Below, in pieces: positions 45,220 through 55,685 of a stretch of 64,000 nucleotides of DNA. Source of the stretch: Calditrichia bacterium. Lineage in GTDB: Bacteria > Calditrichota > Calditrichia > JAJRVZ01. Within the stretch, counting starts at the first letter, position 1; every line of letters begins with the position of its first letter. Position numbers and translations under genes: made by a program. The DNA lies in NCBI GenBank assembly GCA_963796965.1, contig CAWCNS010000004.1, positions 448,001 through 512,000 of the forward strand, in the 5' to 3' direction. Under the pieces are notes generated by a model. It was given only the letters and a program-made list of their open reading frames with translations, was not told the origin of the DNA and searched no databases.

Positions 45220-46842
45220 ATGTTATTACAGAGTATTCAGATAATTAGATTCAAACTTGTCACATATTTTTTTTCCATACTATTTTTAACTTGTTTGTCC
45301 TGCCATGCTGGGACAATGACTGAAAAGAACCAATCTGAAGAATATAGTTTTCCCAAGATGGAAGATCAAAGTACCGACACGATTAATCGTGTCGGTACAA
45401 AACATATCTATGATGTGGCTGATATGGATGAAGGAATGTTTCTCCTTAATTGGTTGATCTTGGGTCCCTTTCCCAATTGTGAGAATTGTCAGGAAACTTC
45501 ATTTACTCATGATGAAAGATGTGCAGGATTTTACATGGATTACTTACAATCCACAGGAGGTGAAAATACTTGCCGACCGAGCCCGGGAGATGTTGTATCT
45601 GTTCCAAAATTAAAGATAAAACGCACCTGGAAAACATATCAGAGTGATTCAAAAATAATTAACCTGCAAGATATTTTTCCGGAAAGTGATCAAATTGTTT
45701 CTTATGCTTATTGTGAGATCTACAGTTCGTCTCAAAAACGATTTGGCTTAACGGTTGGAAGCAATGATGGTGTTAAGATTTTTTTAAACGGTAATCCCAT
45801 CCATTTGGTACATCCGTCGCAAGGAAGAGGTGTAAATCGTGATGATGACTTCATTGAAATAACTTTAAAAAAAGGAAACAACACTCTTCTCCTAAAAAAT
45901 GAAAATGGCTATGGTCAATTTGGATTCATTGTCCGCCTGGTTGAATTAGGAACACCCCTGGCCGATTTAATTAGAACCAAGGGAGAACCGGTTGAATTAT
46001 CAAAAGGAGACCTATCGGCGATTTTTATTGATAATTATGCCTTTGGTGAAAATCATCGCGCCGGTTATAATGGGATCGCGGAATTAAAACATAGTGAATT
46101 AGACAGTAATCTGTTTGTTCCAAATTACGCTGGATTTAATCTGGAGCATATCTTTAGCAGCGATAGTCTGGTTCAGTTATTTGAACCCCGGCGTAATCCC
46201 ATGTCTTTAAAAAAAATATCTGATACAGAAGTGGTTCTCCATCAGCCGACAACCCCAATATCTCATGTTGAAAGTTGGACAACATTTAAAATGGTCACTC
46301 CGCATTATGTGGATGTTACGTTTCGTTGTATTATACAATCCGAAGATTTCTTTCAGAATAATCTGGCCGGCCTGTTTTGGGCCAGTTATATCAATGCTCC
46401 CCCGGACAAAAAAATTTATTTTTGGGGAAGGAAAAAAGAAGAAAAATTATATCAGTGGATTGGGGCCTGGTCGCCTGGTCATGGCATAGAGAGTACCCAT
46501 ATAGGTGAAAAGGATAAATTAGATCTCTGTACTGCTCCGGGATTTAATGTGGTTTTAGCCAACCACTTTTCCGATTTTTTATTTAAGGATGCCTTTTACT
46601 ACGGACGATATAATGATTTGGTTTTTGCTTATTTATTTTCAACTGAGGGTGACCAAACAATCCGCTTCTCGCAATCGCCAAATGGTGGGGGAGGACCAAA
46701 CCCGGCATGGGATTTCCAGTTTATTATCCCCGATTATGAAGTAGGAAAAAAATATTCTTTTAATTGTCGTCTTATTTATAAGAAATTTATTTCCCCAGAT
46801 GATATCAAAGAAGAGTTTGAACGATGGCAAGAACATAAATAA
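45220..46842 (+). CDS. Secreted protein with a PA14-like domain and an unknown C-terminal beta-domain
   Basis: WLILGPF, YAYCEI, GSNDGVKIFLNG, LKKGNN.LLLK; C-terminal HRAGYNG...GFNLEHIF...NPAWDFQ. Confidence 0.55.
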   Translation: MLLQSIQIIRFKLVTYFFSILFLTCLSCHAGTMTEKNQSEEYSFPKMEDQSTDTINRVGTKHIYDVADMDEGMFLLNWLILGPFPNCENCQETSFTHDERCAGFYMDYLQSTGGENTCRPSPGDVVSVPKLKIKRTWKTYQSDSKIINLQDIFPESDQIVSYAYCEIYSSSQKRFGLTVGSNDGVKIFLNGNPIHLVHPSQGRGVNRDDDFIEITLKKGNNTLLLKNENGYGQFGFIVRLVELGTPLADLIRTKGEPVELSKGDLSAIFIDNYAFGENHRAGYNGIAELKHSELDSNLFVPNYAGFNLEHIFSSDSLVQLFEPRRNPMSLKKISDTEVVLHQPTTPISHVESWTTFKMVTPHYVDVTFRCIIQSEDFFQNNLAGLFWASYINAPPDKKIYFWGRKKEEKLYQWIGAWSPGHGIESTHIGEKDKLDLCTAPGFNVVLANHFSDFLFKDAFYYGRYNDLVFAYLFSTEGDQTIRFSQSPNGGGGPNPAWDFQFIIPDYEVGKKYSFNCRLIYKKFISPDDIKEEFERWQEHK

Positions 46843-46909
46843 ATACCTGGTCAAGACAATACAAATACACGCTAAATCAAAGACGAAGAATATATAATAA
46901 TTTGGTAAA

Positions 46910-48019
46910 ATGAAGAAAGCGATCGATTCAAACGTCTGTGCAAGTGGCAGTGTTTCGATTGGGGTGATGCATGGCGAGGGTGGATTTATTTTTGATGAAT
47001 CCTATTACTTTGATCCGGAGCACCGCTGGCAACAAGATCTGGAAATAGCGCGATGGTGTGAAAGAAAGTTCAGTCCTTACCCTATTTACAATGCAGAAGC
47101 CCACTTAGTGCAGTTACACCAACAACCTTATCCTTATCGTCAAGTGGGGGGCTTGCAGCCAAATTTGATTATGGGTGCCGCCTTAGGGTCAAATCTAATT
47201 TTCCCGGGCAATACTGATCCGGACATCTCGGCAGTATCAAAATTAAGTTTGGCTGAAGGTGACCAATATGAATGGAAGAGCAAGGAACCTGTTAAGACAT
47301 TCCTTACACAGATCGATTTTCTAAATCAAAAATATAGTCATCAGGATGTAGATGTATACCCGCCCTTTTTTTGGGACCGATCCGGTCGGGCGACTATTCA
47401 TGGTCCGCTTACAACGGCGGTAAAACTATTTGGTGAGGATTTTTTTACACTTCCCTACACTGATTTTAAATATGCGGAAAAAATTATTCAGTGGATCACG
47501 ACATCGTATCTGAAATTAATCCAGATTTTTGCCGGTAGTGCGGGCATTAATTTTAATGATATTCATATAGGTGAATGTTCGGGAAGTCTTTTTCCACCGG
47601 ATATTTGGGAAAGTTTGGCTGTTCCAGCAATGAAGAAACTAGCCGATGCGGCCGGATCGGTAAGAATCCATTCCTGTGGACGTTCCGACCATCTTTTTGA
47701 TCAGATAAAAAGAGTCGACCACTTAACCTGCCTGAATATCGGATCAGGGAGCAGTCTAAAACTGGCAAGAGAAAAATTTGGGACCGATCTTAAGATTGAT
47801 CTTATACCTGCTATTCATCTATTGAATGATGGTCAGGTAGATGATATTAAATTATGGATAGATCAATGTCTAAGTGAGAATGATGACGGTCCTCTGCATA
47901 TACAGTTCCATTATGATATTGGTATGCCCTTTAAAAATATTAAAAGGATATTTGATACTCTTGATGCGTATGGTGTATCATTTACTTATGACTCACTTGT
48001 CGCCCGATGGGTATCATGA
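46910..48019 (+). CDS. Uroporphyrinogen decarboxylase/MtaA-like TIM-barrel family protein
   Basis: HGPLTTA..L.GEDFF; GECSGSLFPP..W...AVP; RIHSCG (HxCG). No signal peptide. Confidence 0.6.
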   Translation: MKKAIDSNVCASGSVSIGVMHGEGGFIFDESYYFDPEHRWQQDLEIARWCERKFSPYPIYNAEAHLVQLHQQPYPYRQVGGLQPNLIMGAALGSNLIFPGNTDPDISAVSKLSLAEGDQYEWKSKEPVKTFLTQIDFLNQKYSHQDVDVYPPFFWDRSGRATIHGPLTTAVKLFGEDFFTLPYTDFKYAEKIIQWITTSYLKLIQIFAGSAGINFNDIHIGECSGSLFPPDIWESLAVPAMKKLADAAGSVRIHSCGRSDHLFDQIKRVDHLTCLNIGSGSSLKLAREKFGTDLKIDLIPAIHLLNDGQVDDIKLWIDQCLSENDDGPLHIQFHYDIGMPFKNIKRIFDTLDAYGVSFTYDSLVARWVS

Positions 48020-48067
48020 GGTAGTCGGTTTTTGGTAATTCATATTAAACATGTCTCGATAAAAGAT

Positions 48068-48159
48068 TGTCATGTTGAACCCTGACCTGTCGCCAGGACC
48101 GGCTTGTTTGAGCATCTCAGATTTAGTTTGTATAGATCCTGAAATAAATTCAGGATGAC
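48068..48159. repeat. Inverted pair of TGTC-tagged REP-like palindromes, first unit interrupted
   Basis: tgtcatgttgaac[23-nt insert]ttgtttgagcatctc ... agatcctgaaataaattcaggatgac. Confidence 0.85.
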
Positions 48160-48243
48160 TTCAACTCTAAATCAATCAACAAATCAACACATATTATCCT
48201 ATTGAGAATTCACTATTTATATTTCATTACGAAAGGAGTCAAA

Positions 48244-50125
48244 ATGAACTTATTTTCACTAAAAAGAATCTCGGCATATCAAATGGTGCTTCTGGTAATT
48301 TTTTCCATTATTTATTTTTCATGTGCCGATACCGCCAAGGAAATCGATGATGTCTTCAATTATGCGCAGAAGAGAAAAGCGGATCTTCGTCTCAGTAGTT
48401 ATATTACGGCACATTCTGTGCAAAATTTACTTAGTACCGAAGAGGGGCGGAGGGAGGCTCTTTCCCTTTTTCGCTGTAATGGGATCACCAAAGCATATGT
48501 TGAGGTTTATCGGGGTGGTTTAACGGTAGAGAAAAAGGTGCTGGAGGAAGCGCGTGATTTTTTTCTGAAAAATAACATCGATGTTGTGGGAGGTATTGCA
48601 ACTGTACCGGGAAAAAATTTTGGTGTCCGTCAGGAAGCAAAATTAGGCTGGTTCAACTGGCAAAATCAGAAGACCCAGGATGATTTAAAAGAGGTCATGA
48701 TAATGGCAGCCGGTGTTTTCGATGAATTTATTATCGATGATTTTTTCTGTAGTGGGGATACCAGTGCTGAATCGAAAGCGGCAAAGGGCGATCGCTCTTG
48801 GTCAGAGTACCGCATGGAATTGTTATCGGATCTGGCAACCAAGCTGTTTATTGATCCCGCCAGGGAAGTTAATCCTAATATCACCATGATTATAAAATAT
48901 CCACAATGGTACGATCGTTTTCATATGTTTGGATATGATGTGTTACGGGCGCCTGCTTTATTTGATAAGGTATGGGTAGGTACGGAAAGCCGCGGGCAGT
49001 ATACGCAAAGATATGGCTTTGTCCAGCCCTATGAGGGATTTGTAAATTTCCGTTGGCTGGCAAGTTTGTCACAGGGAAAAATCTCCGGGGCCTGGTTTGA
49101 CCACGGTGATTGTGATGCGGATGATTTTATCGAACAAGCGTATCAGTCCGTGTTAGCAGGTGCGAAGGAGATAGTCATCTTTCACTATGGAATGTTGGTA
49201 AAAGGCCATCCTGGCCATCATCTTGTTCGCACCCAGTTTCACCAATTGGCAGATCTGGCGGCGGCTGTGGCAAAAAATCCTGTTGAGGGTGTAACAGGTT
49301 ACAAACCAGCGCATAGTGATGCGGGGGGGGATCTGTATATTATGGACTTTATCGGCATGTTTGGGGTGCCTCTGGTTCCTGTATCTACTTATCCTGCTGA
49401 AAGTAAAGTAATCTTTTTGCCAACCCAAGCGGCAACAGACCTGGATATCTTGTCAAAAATTGAGCAATCTCTGGCGAAAAAGGCAACATTTATTTTTACG
49501 GCGGGTTTTCTGGCCAACGCTGAGAATGGTGAGAAGTTAGCCGAGATGGCTGGAATCAAATGGCCGGTAAAAATCTCGCCAGTTACAGCCAAATATATTA
49601 TAAATGATGGCAAGAGTGAAAAGATTAAGCATGGTCTGGATCTTGAATCCAAAATTGGCACAACAAAAGCAAAAGTTTTATTGAGCGCAAAAGCAGGTTC
49701 AGCCAGTTATCCTTTTCTTACAGAAAACAATTTTAATGGAACCAAAATATTTACTCTCAATACGCATACTTTTTCCCAGGCTGATTTCGATCGCGTGGGA
49801 GAGGTTCTTCTTTGTCCCAAACCGCTAGGATTGCTTGAAGTCCCTCAGGAGCTGGGCAAATACGATCCGCCAGGCATTTAATTCACCTTTGAATTTGGAT
49901 ATGGATGCACCAACCCGTGTTGCATTGCAAACCCTTGGAAACACAGGTTGGATAATCCATAATTATAATAAGGGTGACGTGGAAATTAAATTCACTGCAG
50001 AAGGTAGTGATAGTGGTAAACTTGTAGAAAAATTAAGTGGTGAAAAAATAACAGGTCAAGGAAAAAAATTGTCCATTAAACTAAAACCAAGATCAAGAAA
50101 GTGGTTGAAATTAGATAGCAAATAA
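48244..50125 (+). CDS. Putative lipoprotein of unknown function (possible TIM-barrel hydrolase), frameshift ~49845
   Basis: RBS aaggag before ATG 48244; lipobox-like YFSC; DEFIIDDFF and IIKYPQWY; the C-terminus continues in ORF 49835-50125. Confidence 0.55.
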
Positions 50126-50202
50126 ATCAGTTTATTGTTCCGACGTTAGGATCTGTAAACAAAAAAATATCTCACCTGACATTCTGTAAGGATCTTACTT
50201 CT

Positions 50203-50272
50203 TGTCAATCGGGTGCGGCATGAGGGAAGATTCCTTTCCCGAGACGCAATCCCGTTCCGGGACGGAATGACA
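50203..50272. repeat. Degenerate TGTC-tagged REP-like element
   Basis: Starts tgtcaatc and ends agattcc...cggaatgaca, sharing termini with 41757-41783. Confidence 0.55.
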
Positions 50273-50382
50273 ACATTATAATATCCAAAGAAAACTATAC
50301 ACAATTACTATGTTGATTTACCGATTATAAAATATTACTCATATCAGAAAAATTTATTTAATACAATGGGACAGGAAAATCC

Positions 50383-52758
50383 ATGAATAGGAATATCAAT
50401 AATATCACGTCACTTTTTTTATTAGGATTATTATTAATTATAAGTGGTTGTACAAATGAGCAACAACCAAATACTGACTTGATTCTTTGGTACCAGCAAC
50501 CTGCTGAGAAATGGACTGAGGCTCTTCCGGTTGGTAATGGCAGATTAGGTGCTATGATTTTTGGAGGCGTGGCGAAAGAACGTATCCAGCTTAATGAAGA
50601 AAGCCTCTGGGCCGGTGAACCGATCAATAATAATAATCCTAAAGCAGCCGGGTATCTTCCCCAAATTCAGCAGTTGTTACTTGATGGTCAAATCAAAAAA
50701 GCTGGTAAACTGGCTGAGAAATATCTCTTAGGTACACCGCCGCGTATTCGCTCCTATCAGACCTTGGGAGATTTATGGTTGGAATCTGATTTGGGAGATA
50801 AAAATGTTAATGAGTACCGTCGGGAACTTGATCTGTCTAACGGTATCTCTATGGTTACATACAACATTCAAGGCACTACGTATAGGTACCAGACGTTTGT
50901 TTCCGCTCCTGATAATGTGATTATTATTCGAATCGAGGCCGATAAGCAAGCAATGATTAATCTTAATATAGGCTTAGAAAGAAAGATGGATGCACAGACC
51001 GTTTCACTTTCTGATCAAAGCCTACTCCTCGAGGGACAGATAAATGATACGCTTGATGTTCTCCGCGGTCCTGCCGGTAAACATATGAAATTTGCAGCTC
51101 GTTTAATCGCCCTTAATGTTGGTGGTAAAATTGTTGCTGAAAATAATTATTTAAAAGCAGAAAAAGTCGATGCCCTCACCTTGATGCTTACAGCAGCCAC
51201 AAATTATAACAGGGAAAAACTTGGTTTTGACCACACCATGGATCCCTTAAAAATTTGTGATATGATTCTGACAAAGGCTCAGGGTAAATCAATGGCTGAT
51301 TTGAATAAAAGGCATGTGGAAGATCATCAGGAAATTTTTAACCGGGTAGAATTAAATCTTGGCAATGACAAAAAGTCCAATCTTCCAACTGATAAACGAT
51401 TACAACTTGTAAAAGACGGTGCTGAAGATCCCCAATTAATTGCATTATATTTTCAGTATGGTCGTTATCTATTGATGGGGTCTTCGCGCGAACCGGGGGT
51501 TTTGCCTGCCAATCTGCAGGGAATATGGAATGAGCATTTCTCTGCCCCCTGGAGTTCGGATTTTCATACCAATATCAATCTTCAAATGAATTACTGGCCT
51601 GCAGATATGTGCAATCTTTCTGAAATGGTTAAGCCCCTGAGTGGATTTTTTACACAGCTTATGAAACCAGGTGGAATCACAGCACAAGAGATGTATGGCG
51701 CAAAAGGTTGGGTCATGCATCATGTAACCGATCCCTTCGGCCGAACGGGTTTGATGGATGGTGTACATTGGGGGACTTCACCTCTGGCCGGAGCCTGGAT
51801 GATGATGACTTTCTGGCGTCATTATCAATTTACCCGGGATGACATTTATCTTGCACAAGAAGGATATCCGATGATGAAACAGGCGGCGCAGTTTATTCTC
51901 GATTTTTTGATTGAAGATAAAGACGGGCAATTGGTAACAGCCCCTTCAATGTCGCCGGAAAATGCCTATATATTACCAGGTGAAAAAACAAAATATCAGT
52001 TAACATATTCGGCAACCATTGATATTCAGATCATTCAGGAATTATTCGACGCCTGTATCAGCGCTTCAGAAATTCTGGGAAAAGATGCTGCTTTTGCTTC
52101 ACAATTAAAAGAAACATTAGAACGACTACCAGCTATAAAAATTGGTAAAGATGGGACTATACAGGAGTGGATTGAAGATTATGATGAGGCTGAACCTGGT
52201 CACAGGCACATGTCCCACCTATTCGGTTTGCACCCTGGGACAAAAATAACCCCTGACACACCTGAACTATTTGCAGCGGCAAAAAAGACAATTGAAAAAC
52301 GTCTCTCACATGGCGGTGGTCATACGGGCTGGAGCCGGGCCTGGATTATAAACTTTTATGCCAGATTACTAGATGGAGAAAAAGCCCATCAACATGTACT
52401 TGATTTGCTAAGAAAATCCACGCTTCCCAATTTATTTGATACCCATCCCCCGTTTCAAATTGATGGAAATTTCGGAGGCACTTCGGGTATCGCTGAGATG
52501 CTTCTGCAAAGCCCCAATAATGTTGTTCATATATTACCAGCCTTGCCTAAAGCATGGCCCAAGGGCTTCATTAAAGGCTTGAAAACCCGTGGTAATTTTG
52601 AGGTTGACATTTACTGGGCAGCAGGGAACTTGGAAAAAGTACAATTAAAATCTCTGTCAGGCGGATTGGCACGAATAATGTATAACAATCAGATAAGGGA
52701 AATTGCCACGGAGAAGGGTGAAACTTATCTGTTCAGTGAGAATTTGAACCAGGATTAA
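50383..52758 (+). CDS. Alpha-1,2-L-fucosidase GH95
   Basis: WTEALPVGNGRLGAM, QLNEESLW, FQYGRYLL, PANLQGIWN, NINLQMNYW, HRHMSHL, TGWSRAW, PFQIDGNFG. Confidence 0.95.
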   Translation: MNRNINNITSLFLLGLLLIISGCTNEQQPNTDLILWYQQPAEKWTEALPVGNGRLGAMIFGGVAKERIQLNEESLWAGEPINNNNPKAAGYLPQIQQLLLDGQIKKAGKLAEKYLLGTPPRIRSYQTLGDLWLESDLGDKNVNEYRRELDLSNGISMVTYNIQGTTYRYQTFVSAPDNVIIIRIEADKQAMINLNIGLERKMDAQTVSLSDQSLLLEGQINDTLDVLRGPAGKHMKFAARLIALNVGGKIVAENNYLKAEKVDALTLMLTAATNYNREKLGFDHTMDPLKICDMILTKAQGKSMADLNKRHVEDHQEIFNRVELNLGNDKKSNLPTDKRLQLVKDGAEDPQLIALYFQYGRYLLMGSSREPGVLPANLQGIWNEHFSAPWSSDFHTNINLQMNYWPADMCNLSEMVKPLSGFFTQLMKPGGITAQEMYGAKGWVMHHVTDPFGRTGLMDGVHWGTSPLAGAWMMMTFWRHYQFTRDDIYLAQEGYPMMKQAAQFILDFLIEDKDGQLVTAPSMSPENAYILPGEKTKYQLTYSATIDIQIIQELFDACISASEILGKDAAFASQLKETLERLPAIKIGKDGTIQEWIEDYDEAEPGHRHMSHLFGLHPGTKITPDTPELFAAAKKTIEKRLSHGGGHTGWSRAWIINFYARLLDGEKAHQHVLDLLRKSTLPNLFDTHPPFQIDGNFGGTSGIAEMLLQSPNNVVHILPALPKAWPKGFIKGLKTRGNFEVDIYWAAGNLEKVQLKSLSGGLARIMYNNQIREIATEKGETYLFSENLNQD

Positions 52759-52832
52759 AGGGATTTAAGGATTATCTAAACTATATAATAATAATCCTGT
52801 TCATCCTTTAATCCAAAAATTCCCCGTACAGA
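52743..52832. repeat. Tandem-unit inverted-arm element (GGATT type) overlapping the GH95 stop codon
   Basis: Left tgaaccaggatt-aaagggatt-taaggatta; right taatcctgtt-catccttt-aatcc. Confidence 0.7.
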
Positions 52833-52873
52833 TATTTTTTTAGTTTCCTTGTAGAGAATAGAAGGGTATACAA

Positions 52874-53803
52874 ATGAAACGTCGACACTTTCTTCAACTT
52901 TCAAGCATAGCCGGGTTAGGAACGGTAATACCGGCAGGATGCACTGGTACTGAAAAAAGATACCAGGGTGGTAAAAGTCCCTGGCCTATTTGTATGAATG
53001 CCAGTACGATAAGACCAACGCCATTACTGGAAAAGATAAAAGTAACAACAGAAACAGGTTATGATGGAATTGAACTTTGGATCAACGAGTTAAATAAATA
53101 TGAACAAGATGGTGGAGATTTAAAAGATCTTGGCGTACAAATTAAGGAATCGGGTTTGATTGTACCAAATGTCATCGGCCTTTGGGATTGCATGCCTATG
53201 GATAATCAAGCCTTTAAGGCTTCGTTGCCTGCAACAAAAAAAAGAATGCGTCAATCGGCTGATGTAGGTTCTAATCACATCGCAGCAATTCCCGTTCCTG
53301 ACCGTGAAGATTTTGATTTGAAAATTGGAACATCCAGATATAAAGAATTATTAAAAATTGGGCGTGAGGAATTTGGCATTATTGTCGCTTTTGAATTTGT
53401 CGGTTTTTTTAAAGGTGTATATCGGTTGGGACAAGCGGCGGCTATTGCACTGGATATCAATGATTCTGATGCCTGTTTAATCATGGATAGTTTCCATTTG
53501 TATCGTGGTGGATCAGGTTTTAATGGTGTCAAACATCTGCAGGGTAAATTCATTGCCGATTTTCACATTAATGATGTGCCGCGTGATCTCGAGAAATCAA
53601 CACTTGGCGATAAAGACAGACTTTATCCTGGAGATGGCATTCTCCCCTTAGTTCAGTTATTCAAAGATTTAAAAATGATTGGATATTCTGGACCCCTCTC
53701 TTTGGAAATATTTAACAAGATAGAATATAAGAAAGATCCTTCCCTGGTGGGGAAAACCGGTAAACAAAAAATCATAGATTTAATTATAGGGGCTGGAGTA
53801 TAG
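52874..53803 (+). CDS. Tat-exported sugar-phosphate isomerase/epimerase (IolE/IolI-like TIM barrel)
   Basis: KRRHFL; GYDGIELW; AFEFVG; MDSFHL; FHINDVP; RLYPGDG; LSLEIFN. Confidence 0.8.
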   Translation: MKRRHFLQLSSIAGLGTVIPAGCTGTEKRYQGGKSPWPICMNASTIRPTPLLEKIKVTTETGYDGIELWINELNKYEQDGGDLKDLGVQIKESGLIVPNVIGLWDCMPMDNQAFKASLPATKKRMRQSADVGSNHIAAIPVPDREDFDLKIGTSRYKELLKIGREEFGIIVAFEFVGFFKGVYRLGQAAAIALDINDSDACLIMDSFHLYRGGSGFNGVKHLQGKFIADFHINDVPRDLEKSTLGDKDRLYPGDGILPLVQLFKDLKMIGYSGPLSLEIFNKIEYKKDPSLVGKTGKQKIIDLIIGAGV

Positions 53804-53924
53804 CAAATCTAAGAGATAGATAAAAGAAAAAAATCTTGAACAGACTTTGACTTTTCGTTTATCTTTAATTGTATCGAGTTCCCTCGTTTTAGTGAGAGAT
53901 TTATTTCATATTGTTGAGGCAAAA

Positions 53925-55451
53925 ATGGATAGAAGAGGATTGATTTTAAGTATTTTTATTATTTGCACGATCCAGCAAGGTTTTACCCGGGATACGATGC
54001 GCGGCATGGTTTTCCTGGATGAAAATAAGAATAGTATCCAGGATGCAGGTGAACCGGGGATTAAGGATGTACTCGTCTCTAATAGCCTGGATGTTGTAAA
54101 AACGGATAAAAACGGAAATTGGGAATTATCAATAACAAGGGATTCTCTTTTTTTTGTCATCAAACCATCCGGCTATGCTGTTCCCCTAAATAAGAACATG
54201 ATCCCACAGCATTCTTATTCAGTCTCCCCGGATTTTAGCAAATCGTCAGAACCTATTAATTTTCCCTTATATATTCAAAATGAATCAGCACCCTTTTCAG
54301 CACTCCTCTTTGGTGATACACAGGCTCGCGGCTTACGCGAGGTAAATTTTATTACCCATGATGTGGTAGAGGAATGTATAGGAACCGATGCAACATTTGG
54401 TGTGACCCTGGGTGATCTAGTCGCTGATGACCCAAATCTCTTCGCTGAAATCAGCCAAAGCATTGGTAAAATAGGCATTCCCTGGTATAATATTTTTGGA
54501 AATCATGATTCCAACCGGGATGCAACTAATAACCGCGACAGGGATAGAACATTTGAACATTATTTCGGTCCCAGTACCTATGCTTATGAATATGGAGAGG
54601 TAGTATTTATTGGAATCAATAACATATTTTTTAAACAGGGTGGTAAATACCGACCGGGTTTTACTGAAGAACAGATTAAGTTCATTGGAAACTATCTCTC
54701 CTATGTTCCGGAAAGTAAACTCATTGTTTTGATGATGCATGCACCGATAATTGCCTGTGAAAGAAAAGAAGAATTATTCAGACTGATTGAAAACCGTCCA
54801 AATACATTTTCAATCTCCGCTCATTTACACACCCAAGCTCATTTGTTTATAGACGAAAAATTTGGCTGGGAGGGATTGCAACCTCATCACCATTTTGTCA
54901 ATGCAACCGTTTCCGGTAGTTGGTGGTGCGGAATGATTGATGAAGTAGGTATACCCCATGCCACAATGAATGATGGCGCACCAAATGGCTATTCAATTAT
55001 CACGTTTGATGGCACTGCTTATAGCATAGCTTTCAAAGCGGCCAGGCGCCCGGCCACCTATCAGATGAATATCTATCTTCCGGATGATATTGAAACCACA
55101 GGATTAGACACTACGAAAATTTTAGTAAATGTGTTTGCCGGATCAGAGCGCTCAACAGTTAAGATCAAAATTGATGATCAAGAGGAGTGGATGGCTCTAA
55201 ATAAAGTTAGAGCAGCCGATCCGGAAGGATTGAGAATGCATAAACTTAGTCCCTATCTTGATTATAAAGTAAATGGTCAAGCATTAGAGGAAGTATTTGG
55301 CTGGAAAATGGACTATCCCAGTAAATGCAGACATATGTGGCAAGGCTCACTTCCCAAGACGCTTCCTGTCGGAACACACCGTGTTACTGTCAGGACTACT
55401 GACATGTTTTATCAATCATATGAAGCCCATAGAATTTTCCGTGTTCGATGA
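53925..55451 (+). CDS. Secreted calcineurin-like metallophosphoesterase with N- and C-terminal accessory domains
   Basis: G.VFLDENKN..QD.GEPGI.DVLVSN; GDTQ, LGDLV, GNHD, MHAP, SAHLH; SGSWW; DGAPNGY. Confidence 0.85.
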   Translation: MDRRGLILSIFIICTIQQGFTRDTMRGMVFLDENKNSIQDAGEPGIKDVLVSNSLDVVKTDKNGNWELSITRDSLFFVIKPSGYAVPLNKNMIPQHSYSVSPDFSKSSEPINFPLYIQNESAPFSALLFGDTQARGLREVNFITHDVVEECIGTDATFGVTLGDLVADDPNLFAEISQSIGKIGIPWYNIFGNHDSNRDATNNRDRDRTFEHYFGPSTYAYEYGEVVFIGINNIFFKQGGKYRPGFTEEQIKFIGNYLSYVPESKLIVLMMHAPIIACERKEELFRLIENRPNTFSISAHLHTQAHLFIDEKFGWEGLQPHHHFVNATVSGSWWCGMIDEVGIPHATMNDGAPNGYSIITFDGTAYSIAFKAARRPATYQMNIYLPDDIETTGLDTTKILVNVFAGSERSTVKIKIDDQEEWMALNKVRAADPEGLRMHKLSPYLDYKVNGQALEEVFGWKMDYPSKCRHMWQGSLPKTLPVGTHRVTVRTTDMFYQSYEAHRIFRVR

Positions 55452-55495
55452 CAATTTATAGTCAAATATGCTTTTGATCAGGTATAAGATTTATT

Positions 55496-55658
55496 TTACC
55501 GCAAAGAGCGCAAAGGAGACGCAAAGTCCGCAAAGAAAAATTATTAAAAGTGTTAATGTAAATATCTGTGCTCCTTCATTCTCACTTCAGATTTTATATG
55601 AAAAAAAATATGTAAAATCTCTGCGTTCTTTGCGCCTTCTTAGCGTCTTTGCGGTTAA
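55496..55658. repeat. Tandem-unit inverted-arm element (CGCAAAG type)
   Basis: Left accgcaaag-agcgcaaag-gagacgcaaag-tccgcaaag; right ctctgcgtt-ctttgcgcctt-cttagcgt-ctttgcggttaa. Confidence 0.9.
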
Positions 55659-55685
55659 TAGAAAATATACATAAGGGAACAATTA

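Noticed and set aside
55468..55674. 68-aa ORF (FTAKSAKETQSPQRK...SLRSLRLLSVFAVN)
   Set aside because: It is the translation of the CGCAAAG inverted-arm element; no protein family is evident.
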